Assembly: GCA_951406725.2 (NCBI GenBank)
Contig: OX597827.1
Span: forward strand, 52,452,001-52,516,000
DNA: 64,000 nucleotides
From: Octopus vulgaris
Lineage: Eukaryota
Direction of reading: 5' to 3'
Shown piece by piece: positions 23,330-34,043 of the stretch. Position 1 is the stretch's first letter; the number at the start of each line of letters is the position of its first letter. The notes under the pieces were generated by a model. The model made no database searches. It was not told the DNA's origin and was given only the letters and a program-made list of their open reading frames with translations. The translations under genes and the position numbers were made by a program.

Positions 23330-23745
23330 CTTGGCTTTCAACGCAAATGTGGCTTGGCTCTGACTTTTCAAAGGTCATATTCACTGCCCATAAAAATATA
23401 GAATATAATATATCTATTAATTTGCACAAAACATGCACATATATATATCACTTCAGATATTCTCTGAGTATTATATATTTATATATATGTATATATATAA
23501 TATATACATATATATATATATATATATCACTCAGTTTCGTATTTGTGGGAGTGCGCATGTGTTTATATATATATGTATATATCGCATTATGTGGACAATA
23601 GCGTCATTAGTTACGGGTTTCCAAGGGGTTTATTTGATTTACTACATTCACAGCAAAAATAACAAGGTAGTACTGTCAGTGCTACTTGGGCGGAACAAAT
23701 ACTGCAGGATAAATCTGTTCGAATGTGTCAGTATAATAGTTTTTC

Positions 23746-24164
23746 GGATCTTTTCAGTTTGAACGGCAGTTTTTAACATAATTTCTAGGTAACTAAAAAA
23801 TTTTAAACTTCGTATACTGGTAGAATGTGTTTATAAAACATCTTTTTCTCTTGGCTTTATTGAAAAAATTCTATAGTTTGTAAGATATTTCGTTTTTTAT
23901 TTCTTCAATTGCTGCAATTTCAACCAATCAATGACGTCTATCGAAGTAAAAAAAACATTCTGTGCCGTATGAATATGTCCCTCGTTTAAGAAACAGATTG
24001 GGTTTATTTACATTTGTGAAGATAAAAAGATACCCTTCCCCCCACCCCTAACCCTAACCCTAAAACAGATTGAAATGCAATAGATCGATACTTGGGTCAT
24101 AATTATGGGTGACAATTTCATATGACACCGCTAGAAAAAACTGCCGTTCAAACCGAAAAGATCC
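23746..24164. mobile_element. Mutator/MULE-like MITE with perfect 9-bp TSD and internal (CCCTAA)3
   Basis: TIR GGATCTTTTCAGTTTGAACGGCAGTTTTT / AAAAACTGCCGTTCAAACCGAAAAGATCC; TAGTTTTTC on both sides (23737-23745 and 24165-24173). Confidence 0.9.
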
Positions 24165-24819
24165 TAGTTTTTCTTCTCAATATTAACGTTTTAGGCGGTA
24201 GGGTTACCCTATCAGAATGTCTGACAAATTGCGTATACTATTTAGTTACTGCTTTTAATGTTCTGAATTTAAATTCAGACGAAGTGAACTTTGGTATTCA
24301 TTCTTCCGAGATCGCTAAAATAAAATACCTGTAAAATGCTGGGACCTGTTTCTATAATATATTTCTTTATTACCCACAAGGGGCTAAACATAGAGGAGAC
24401 AAACAAGGACAGACAAAGGGATTAAATCGATTACATCGACCCCAGTGCGTTATTGGTACTTAATTTATCGACCCCGAAAGGATGAAAGGCAAAGTCGACC
24501 TCGGCGGAATTTGAACTCACAACGTAACGGCAGACGAAATACCGCTAAGCATTTCGCCCGACGTGCTAACGTTTCTGCCAGCTCGCCGAACCTCCTTGAT
24601 ATGATTAGAATTATAGTTCGTATATTTGTCGCTTGGTTTAACATCAACTGATTTTTGGGTGCCTTTAGTGAAATGGAGTGCACTGTGACATGCATCCAAG
24701 ATAACTTCCCCTCCCTTCCCATTAGAGATTTAAGAAGTTCACTGTTCCAAACAACTCATGAAAATACAATAAATACGTAAATAAATAAATGTAAAAACGG
24801 TTGTTTTTTTTTATATACA

Positions 24820-25219
24820 TCTTCTTTATATATAAAAGAGAGGTTGTGTGTCTGTCTCCTACGATTTAGATTCCTAACTACTCCCACATTTTGCGGTGCA
24901 GTTTAACCAAAACCGGGTATCTTATAGTCGTAATTCATATCGAGCCCTTCTGGGTATTAGCACGCGTCTACGATGAGTCTACGATTTAAAAAAAATTTAC
25001 CATCATTTTTTTCCATTTTAATGCATTTTTTCCGCTATTATATAAGGGAAGTAACTTTCTAAAAATGTCTACGATGAGTCAACGATTAAAAAAAAAATCT
25101 ATCATCATTTTTTTTTCATTTTTGATGCTTTTTTTGATATTTTTTGGCTATAACTCTCTAAAAATGCTTATATAGTTATTTCCCTTACAAATCCGAGCAA
25201 CGCCGGGCGATACTGCTAG
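24820..25219 (+). mobile_element. Non-autonomous Helitron (sister of 9685-10082)
   Basis: A|TC ... CCGAGCAACGCCGGG ... CTAG|T. Confidence 0.85.
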
Positions 25220-26179
25220 TGTTTAAATAAAAATTGAAAGCTGTGACCCATAAATGAGTTGGTGGGGATTGAAAGTTGAATTTGTAGGCGTTGTTTTATT
25301 TATTTATTTATTATTTGTTTGAATTGCTGTCGCCTAAAATCTCTGATCTGGCCAGTTGTGTTGTATGGGTATCGGGTATGGACCCTACAGGTAACTAGCA
25401 CAAAAAAACCCAAAACAAACTGAAGGAGTTTGAGACTACGGCTGGAGAGAATGACCACGCCGACACCAGTAGCACCAGCGAGGCCACCGGCTCCACACCC
25501 AAAATTACCAACGACGGCACCCACATCACCGTCGGTGACAGTAGCGCCAACGATGTTACGTCTTACGGCGTGGTGGTCAGGGGTGACCACCACACAGACA
25601 AAAGCCGCAGCGATATCGCCGGACTTACGCTTCATAATGATAACATCACCGATGGCAGCCCCAGTAACACTGGTGGCTACATCTTCGGGCCCGGAGCAAA
25701 CCGAAGATGCGCCGGTAATGTGAACACAACCAACATCCAAACCTGGAAATGTATCGGGTCGACTTGGACGGCCTTCAAGCGACGCCTGTACAACCACAAG
25801 TTCTCTTTCAGGGTTCCGGAAAGACAATTCGTCACATCCCTGGCCAACCTCAAAGATGAAGAGACCCCATACGATATCAAGTGGAGGATCTTAGAGCGGC
25901 CACGATCCTACAGCATCGGGAGAGAACGTTGCAAACTTTGTATAGCTGAGTGAGCAAGGATACTCAAAGACTACCTGAAACCTGGATCACTGAACACTCG
26001 CCAGGAAATTTAGAGTCAGTGCATCCATTTCAAACGCTACCTGCTGCAAGCATGGGATTCCCCGTTCTCCGATTAAACCCGGCAGAGTCCCTACGATCTA
26101 AAAGCAGTCCAATGGGAAAAATCCCCCGTTCCCCCTCTTTTGGCCTACAAAGTACGGATATTTTTTTTTTACTCATTTC

Positions 26180-26183
<4 letters not shown>

Positions 26184-26222
<39 letters not shown>
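26184..26222. repeat. (TA)n microsatellite; others include (ATT)n 5534-5573, A24 3611-3634, TA-rich 23435-23585, (CA)n(TA)n 48020-48066
   Basis: Directly visible. Confidence 0.9.
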
Positions 26223-26225
<3 letters not shown>

Positions 26226-26280
26226 TGCATGAACAAAAACCCACCATAATATCCATGGATATTACAAAGTGTATTGTAAT

Positions 26281-26344
26281 CATCCTAAGGATGCGAATTA
26301 TGATCGCAAAAAGCATGTAATTTGTGGAAACGCGCGTAGAGATG
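26281..26344 (+). ncRNA. Degenerate hammerhead ribozyme motif (G5A)
   Basis: CATC-CTAAGGA-stem II TGCGAATTATG/TGTAATTTGTG-GAAAC-GCGC-GTA-GAGATG; palindromic ACGCGCGT. Confidence 0.5.
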
Positions 26345-27038
26345 CTTTAAAATATTTATGAATTCCATCCTTAGATTATTGCTATTATTACTATACTTAT
26401 CATACGTTATAATTGCTCAGTCGGTACGATTCCATAAAACTGCTGGTATAAGTTGGAATCACTAGACCGTAGCTGTCATAATAACATAGGAACTTTTATG
26501 TGTGTAACGGTATATTTTAAGATATGTGTTGGAGTCGTAATTTGTGCCCTTTGAACGGTATTTCTATAAAATTTCATCAATAAATATCCATTTTCCTGAA
26601 AGTTATAAGGGAAAAATCGGATCTTGTGAATTTTCCGAAAGTCCTCTCCCCCACCCCGTTCGTTTGTGCAAATTTTTTTCATATTCACTTTCTACACATT
26701 TTTTCACATCTTGTAGGCTGTTTTTTCTTAAAATTTGGTTTTCATGACCGGAGCTTGAACTGTATATTGACCGTTCTTTCAATTAATGTTTAAAGTTATT
26801 TTAATGCGTCTAGAAATATTTCTATACCTAAAACTTCCAGAGAGAAAAACTAATTTTGTGAGCATTTGTAAACAGATCGGTCCTACTAAAACACGCCGGA
26901 GGGTTGATCTTGATATATTATTATATTTTACTAATCAGTTAAGACTTGTGCACGCCATAGACTTATTAAGTCGGCGAATGATTTCTACACACCGTAGACT
27001 TGTCATCAAGGCTGCAATGTGTCGCTAAGAGAAAAACA

Positions 27039-28024
27039 TGTAGCGTAGCTACACTGTTTGAGAGATATATTAGAAATGACCTCGTGTTAGATAGCAACCA
27101 TCTTCGGCTATTTTGACCCCGTTGTGTCCACTGCTCTGATTGGTTGACATTGGTGCAGTTTGTCTTTTGACTTATTTCGCGCCAGTGTGTAAGCCAACCA
27201 ATCACGGCCTTCGGATAAGGTCCCATGACACAGTCTTTTGGGGGTTTCACTGGAGCCCACCTCAGGTTATAAAAGGCGCCAGCAAACCACTATTTCTCGC
27301 CTTAGGTTCCAGTCTTTCTCAGGACTAACCTCTAACCACAGAGCGACTCAGCCAGTTCCAGTTCTAGCGATAGACGACCAGACCAGCCAACCATGTTCCT
27401 GTTCCAGCCAACGACGACGCTAACGTATACCACCAACGCAGGACGTTTCCACCACCGACGCCTTTCTCTGCCGTCGCCATCACCATTATCGTCCTTCAAC
27501 TTCACGCCGTCTACACCTCCGTCGCTTTCATCTCCAGCAACATCAATACGTACACAGTGACTCGCTCAGGTTTAAACTCCATGCTGTTGTGAATATTCAC
27601 CAAGGTAAACAGCTCAGTCAGCCCGCGAGATTCCTGTATCAAGTAACCCGGCACGGCATAATAACCACAACTTCTGCACGTGTAGTAACCGGTGCTGCCT
27701 CGTGACCTCAACCTCTTTTACAGGACTACAATTGTTGTGTAACCTCACTACGAACTGGAAAATTAACTCCATCTTGTCTAAAATATCCTGAGAGACTCTT
27801 TTCTATGCTCTGTATTTTGTTTTGCTCGCATACACCTTGTTTGTACTTCTGTCGCACACACGAACACATAGACACAAACATTTGTCGCATGCACACAGAC
27901 ACCCCACTTTGCTAGCACCCATACTTTATCTTATTGTACACATCTGTAAATAAAGTCTTCTCTCTAAAACAGTAGAGCGGTTGTCGTCTTCATTATTCCT
28001 TTTGGCACTTATTCATTTATATCA
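27039..28024 (+). mobile_element. Solo-LTR-like insertion nested in the TIR element
   Basis: TG...CA ends, TATA box (GTTATAAAAGG at about 27267), AATAAA at about 27949, flanking CATGTA direct repeats. Confidence 0.55.
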
Positions 28025-28439
28025 TGTATTTGGCTTCTTCTTTTGTTAGGGGCGACCGTGCGGCGTTAAAAAGGAGACATTTCTGTCACAAACTCCTACG
28101 TACGGTCGTTTTCCAATTTGAGAATAATACAACTTTTTTCTGCTTAACAATGATTACAGTAGGTACACATGGCACACCTCTTGTATGCACAGCTTGCAGC
28201 ACCATAAATGACAATCTTTTTAGCTATGAAGTTATGAATATGAGCAACCTCAAGGTTGCTCTGTTTATATCATAAACGATCTAAAAAGCGTATCCTTTAT
28301 GAAAGATTTTGGGAAGCAAATCTCATCCATCCACTGACAATAGAAATTCGTAGCGGTGCAAAACGTTCACTTGCAGATAAAAAAGAGCTGGGGAATACAC
28401 GTTTCAGGGTTCGTCTGGCGGTCATTTAATAAGTCGCGA

Positions 28440-29300
28440 AGTTTTTCGGTGGGGAGTTTTTCGTTGTTATAATAACCTGTCCACATCACGTACACGCTTT
28501 CAGAGTTGTGTGGTGCTTCAGCCACTCGAGGAAAGTCTGTTAAGTAGTCGAATGCTCGTGTCCAGAATTCCGTTTCTGGAAGAGGAAACCGACGAGGCTG
28601 CTTTTTCAGTCACTGTTGATAATGCAGCGATTGTCCACAATGAGGAATACGCCAAGCTTTTGGCCGCTTCGAGAAGGCTTTCTCATATTCGGGTGCTCGA
28701 GTTACCCAACTACGAAGCAAGTTGGATTCCACGTATTAACGGCGTTGTTTCACCAACTCGATACAGGTTCGCATACGTAATTTATTTGAATGCAGCTCAT
28801 TGCTGTAGACGTGCACGGACACAGCGTGAAACAAACAGTTACCTTCCGCTGTAACGTGGACAGGAATATAGGATACCTCATTGGACGTCAGAAGGTACAG
28901 CTTGGATTTATCGTCGATCGCGCTCTCGATTTTCGGTGACAAAAAAGCTCATCTGATCTAGGCACGTTCTGTAACAAGATCGATTCCCTCACGATGGCAG
29001 TCTCTAAAGCGGCGAAGTCTCTCGCAGGAGACAGTCGACGTAGTGACTCCTCGTAGTCAAATGTGCTATCCCTACGGCAGCATGAAGCGCACACATAATC
29101 ATTGACGTTACTTCCCAAACCGGACAACATCGCGGTTGAGAGGTACTCGCAGTCTTTGTGGAACCATAACCAACATACAAAGCAGAAAACGCTTTCATAA
29201 CCGCAGCTCCGTATGCAAACACCGCACGAATACTTTGGTGTGCGCTTGAGTATTCTTGGGGAAGATACCATGACGCGAACACCGACGGTATAATTAACTG
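28440..29300 (-). pseudogene. Frameshifted PHD finger + vertnin-like OTU cysteine protease
   Basis: CGVC...CFVCWLWFHKDC...YVCASC (C4HC3 PHD); VTAEGNCLFHAVS...KLRMRTCIELV (OTU Cys box); AYSSLWTIAALSTV; VYVMWTG, in different frames. Confidence 0.7.
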
Positions 29301-29559
29301 TTGAAGATACTCGACAAGGACAGATGAGACGCAAAGCAGAGTGTGCAATACAATCACAGGCGACCTGTTTTACAATCGTGAACGCAAAAACAAAGCAATT
29401 AAACATTATCTACGGCGCGTACAAATCATTTGCTGAAAAGTTAACAAGTCTACGGCGTGCACAAGTTTTAACTGATTAATAAAATTATATTAATATATCC
29501 AGATCAATCCTCCGGCATGCTTCGGTGTGTTTTAGTAGGACCCTTAGTTGGGACGGATC

Positions 29560-29880
29560 TTCTCAAGCATAGCATCGCACCACTTGTTGCTTTCTCACTT
29601 CTGCGAGGTACAGCCTTCACGACCTCTTATGTCTTTCTTGGTCTTCCACCCTAGCAGATTCCGTCCATTTAGATTGTTTGGCATTTCTTTACTCAACTGT
29701 TATCCTTAAAATGTATATCAAGTTGCATGCAACTTCTAACACTTAATTTTCCTTTTAGTAAATTTTTGCTGCAGTGTTCATGCACACTGAATACAAAATC
29801 AGAGTTACACCTTATCATTCTATTCTAAATGCGGCTAGCTTCTTTAACCAGTGTAACTGAGTTCTACAAGCAGGCCTGGC
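29560..29880 (-). mobile_element. RTE LINE 3' relic
   Basis: Degenerate GRPRKT-like 3' end on the minus strand, similar to 38400-38610. Confidence 0.45.
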
Positions 29881-30139
29881 TTTTAGCAAGCGAGCAGATT
29901 CTACGCGTGGTGCTGGTTCTCATATTTACGTCAATTCAAGAATGCAAATGGAAAGAGAAATTCGCAAGTTTTTATGGCTCAATAGAAACATTCCTCATTC
30001 TCTAACAGGTTGGTCAGTTTCAGTTATAAGTTGAAATGTTTTTAAAGACTAATCCATGCTTAAACAGTAAGAGTAGAAAACAAAAATATCAGAAGTCAAT
30101 TGTATATTAAAAAGACATCTAATTATTGCTTTCCATACT

Positions 30140-30760
30140 TACTATATCATGTGACACAACCTAATGGTCACGTGGCCAGTACTATTTAACATGGCTATCG
30201 TATTTGTGTGAATAGCTTTGTTATTCACTTGAATAAAGCTGCCGGTTAAGAATTTTGTACGACTGTAACTTTATTTGGATAAATACTTTACTGTGGGACT
30301 TCGTTATTCGGACTTGATCAAATACTTACCAAGCTCATATGTAATTCTCATAGACACTTACAATAATATTTAAGATTGATTTGTGTTTCACAGAAAGCCA
30401 GATGGATGTGAAGAGAAACGTAAACATAGTGACAAGGTAAACACTTTTTCTTCGTAGGGTGTCCCAGAAACGAAGAAGCGCCTCTCTCTCTATTTCGTCA
30501 AGGAAAAAATTAGTTTTACTTTATCTAGCTTTTAACAAATCTGATTGACAGTTATGTGACAGACGAATGAAGAAAAGTTTTCGATGACGTAGCAGTGTTG
30601 TTAATGATTTTTGTTTTGTAAGTGTAGCATTATAGTCCCGTATCGAATACTTGTTGATGTCTACCAACACAATGTGTTTAAAGGCGAAGTGGCATTCGTT
30701 TCATTTTCACCGCGTTACAAGGGAGTTTCTGCGCGGTCGCACGTCCTGTTCAAAATAGCG
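30140..30760 (+). promoter_or_regulatory. Candidate TMEM230 promoter / 5' UTR exon region
   Basis: Locally CpG-enriched and apparently unique sequence. TCATGTGAC (30147) and GTCACGTGG (30167) E-boxes; candidate donors AAG|GTAAAC (30436) and GTAAGT (30618). Confidence 0.4.
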
Positions 30761-31929
30761 ACTAAATTCCCTTAAATTATACTCTTAGAAACATTGGATA
30801 ATATAGTCTTAGTCCTAGTTATACAAATGTAGGGGAGGAGGTAATGTATACGTACACTATCCGTTTTCGGCGTAACCCTAACCCTAAACACCGGGTGTGC
30901 GTTCTTTACTTTCGCCAATGTAGGATAGTCACTGCTGGAAGACCTTTGATTATTTGTTGCTGAATCCGGGATTAACAGCAGCTAACAGTCGGTATCCAAC
31001 CTAACTCGATACGAAACGAAAATGTCTTATCGCACAATCTAGCCATTGACACTAACTGGCCCCGCTAGCATCAACACTAAGCAAGTTGTTTGTGATGTAA
31101 ATATAAGAAACAAAGTCAACAAAGTTGATTCCTGTAAAGTTTGAAGTGAAATAAAAATAAATATTCAAAGGCATTTAGTTTGATGCATTAAATCGTTTCG
31201 CAAGCTTTATATCGGATTCATATGTAAGTACTGTGTTGACCAATGCAAAACTTAGTAATTGACGACTGCGATGAATTTTTTTCAACATAACAAAGTTACG
31301 TCTCTTCTCACTATGCTTGTTAATAACTGATGGATTTGCTATAATTGTGGTTTCTACAGATAAAAATAAATATTCCATGAGTTGCAGTTGTTAGTTAATT
31401 AATTTGATCTAAAATAACAGAACAAAAAACATTGCATCAGAATTATTGTAGTTATTGAAAAGACACATACTATTGATTTCTAACTGTAAATCATTGATTG
31501 TGGAGACCAAAAGCATTATAACGTGTCGTATGATAATAGGGTTTATCCAAATATTATGTTTACATGGGATCCATTACATTTAGAAATCTCAGCTGACGGG
31601 TCTAACTGATTATGTAAAATATAGCGGTATTATTTGATTCTTTCGCCCGCACGATTTTCACTAAGAAAATATAATTTACGAATATAGCTACCTTCAATAT
31701 ACCTAATCGTGTGCAATCATATAAAAAGTGTGCAGCAGTATTAGCATGTCAGTGATATATGTATGAAAAGCAATATTCTTAATTTACTATGATCAAAGTT
31801 TCGCATCCTGCTAAAGCACTGTTAATCTCCACATGTAGAAACGTGGGGCTTTATGTCCCGGTTAGTCTGTGTCCTCTGAAGAATTCCTTCACTACAGGCT
31901 CGATCCAGTTATTCCACGTCACCACTACA

Positions 31930-33150
31930 ATTACTTCTTATACCAGGAGAAACATTGCTATTGAAATGAGTATCGTCACCACGTTTACCATCATTCTCAC
32001 TTGTTTTAAGTGGCTTGAGTTTAGGCCTGCTTTAGTCTGCATGAACCAAAATTCCAACCCTGATCCTTGTAATCATAGCTATGGTTTCCAATTTGCATCA
32101 CAAAGTTTGCTCTATGGAATAGGGTGCATGGAGTTGCTGTCCTAACAAAGCAGAACTTTCTACTTGTCCCCGCAAAAAAATGGTGATTAAACAATAGTCT
32201 GGGTGAAAATGATTTAAACTTCTTTTTTCCATGGTGAGAGAATGCCTATAAACCCACAATCCCATTTGACATTTTGTGAGGAATGCAACCAATTTTCTGT
32301 AGCCAAGAACAGGTTACCAAGAAATTTGGAATCCTTACTCAACATTAGGAAATAGGGCACACCATTCTCTGATAAAATTGCTTTTAACTATTTGTTGTAT
32401 GGTTGAGCTTTTGCTAGTAAGGACAGGAATACTCTCTAGCCATCCTGAAATGGAATCCCCTGAGACAAGCATCAATCTAATACTTTCAACATGGTTGTAC
32501 ATGAATCAAGAGATCAAACTCCTTGAACCCCAAATGAAACCTTTTGAAAATACTTTATCCATGCACATTTTAGACAGGTGGTCCTCAATATTCCATGAAT
32601 TAGAAAGGTTGCCATTTAAGATTCAGGCAGTTGATTGTAGCAGTATTTATACAGTGAATATTGTCATGAATGCCTTTAATGATTTATTTCCTAGATATTT
32701 CTAGCAAAATAATGAGATCGATATTGCATAATATTAAGTTTTTCTGAGTTAATGTATTTTAAATAAGCTTATAAGGTCTTTTTGCATTGAAGCAATTACT
32801 TCAGATATTCTTTTCTTATTCTGGAAATGATTTTGCCCACTATTGGATCATGCAGTGTTTCCAAAGCTAGTTGATTATGACAAATCATCAGTTCCTATCT
32901 AATATAGAATTCGTTTATCATCGTAATCTAGATTAATATCTTTCAATTTAAAATTTAACCTTGAGATTGCATCAACATGAGGAGTGGTATCTCCTTTGAC
33001 ATACGTGACATCACAATCAAGTCCCACGAGCTGGATGGCCTCAGTATCCTTGAAAATGTAACCTTTTGAATTCAAGAGATCTATGATGAAATCTAAGTAG
33101 GAATTTTCTACCAAATAAAAAATTGACAGACAGTTTGTAGTCCACACACT
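31930..33150 (-). mobile_element. Decayed Gypsy pol (RNase H end to integrase)
   Basis: YVKGDTTPHVDAISRLNF (RNase H C-terminal motif) followed by degenerate integrase-like sequence. Confidence 0.6.
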
Positions 33151-33959
33151 TGTTAAAGTTTCTCATATTATTCAAATAATTGTTGTAATAAATACCAGGT
33201 TACATTTTCCTGTTTTGTGTCTGTCATTTAATAACTTTCTGTTTACCACATTGCATCTGTGGGTTCTTACCAAATCTGCTGTTGTAAGGATCTCTTCTAA
33301 CTTTTAAATAAAGCTTAATGTTAATATATGTCAGATACATTCCTTTTTAAATCATAAATAGAAGTTTCTACATGTTGCTTAACTTTGCCTGAAATCATGT
33401 TCTGTCTTAAAAAAGGAATATATTATACAACTGATAAAAAGACAGAATGATAATAGCTGTTAACATCTTTGACCATATATCTCCTTGATTAAGACTGATC
33501 TGAACCTAAACTCCAGCATCCAGGTTGTGTAATACAGATAAAATTTGTTTTGCATCCGTTTATTACACAGCAGAAACTTTTTTCATTCTGTTCTTTGTAA
33601 GCATTTGAGAGAATTAACATGAAGTTCATACCACCTTATCTTCTTAAGTTTCTTTCCATTTGCATACATTTGTCCTTGTTGTTTTGCGTAGGTGGTTTTC
33701 CAACATTTTAACAAGTGCTTAAAATCATTTGCTGTAGAAATGCTTCTATTTTCTACAAAATTCTTCTCTTCCCACATTTACGATTTAATTTTCTAAGTGC
33801 TAAGAAATTTTTTAAATAAATTTTTTTCTTTCCAGATTATCAGGAATGAAATATTAACACTGTTGTTTTTGAAGGGAAGGAGAAAATAATAATAATAATA
33901 ATCAAAACATTGAGTAATTGAATTCATTTAAAAAACCCATCATTTCCAAGCTAGGGAAA

Positions 33960-34043
33960 ATGTCCCGTCGCTTCTTTGGTGGAAGTGGGTCAGCTCGGTA
34001 CCAGCGGCTAAGTAAGTCTGATGATGGCTTTGTGGACATGCAG
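33960..34043 (+). CDS. TMEM230: TMEM230 first coding exon
   Basis: GAAAATGT start; [28 protein letters not shown]|GTAAAG. Confidence 0.9.

Larger units (their letters stand above)
25400..26400 (+). mobile_element. Penelope-like retroelement 3' part: GIY-YIG endonuclease relic, (TA)n, pseudo-LTR with hammerhead motif
   Basis: CIGSTWTAFKRRLYNHKFSF...IKWRILERPRSYSIGRERCKLCIAE..LNTRQEI..CIH matches the Penelope GIY-YIG C-terminal pattern; stops present. Confidence 0.8.
26879..29542 (-). mobile_element. TIR DNA transposon (about 125-bp TIRs) carrying a decayed PHD + vertnin-like OTU gene
   Basis: Left GGTCCTACTAAAACAC..GCCGGAGGGTTGATC..CTTGTGCACGCC matches the reverse complement of 29409-29542; no clear TSD. 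Confidence 0.8.

Noticed and set aside
24046-24063. Telomere-like (CCCTAA)3
   Set aside because: Too short and internal to a MITE; not a telomere or fusion site.
25300-25827. 175-aa minus-strand ORF and the overlapping Thr/Pro-rich plus ORF
   Set aside because: Shadow frames of the GC-rich Penelope relic, with no recognisable domain or splice support.
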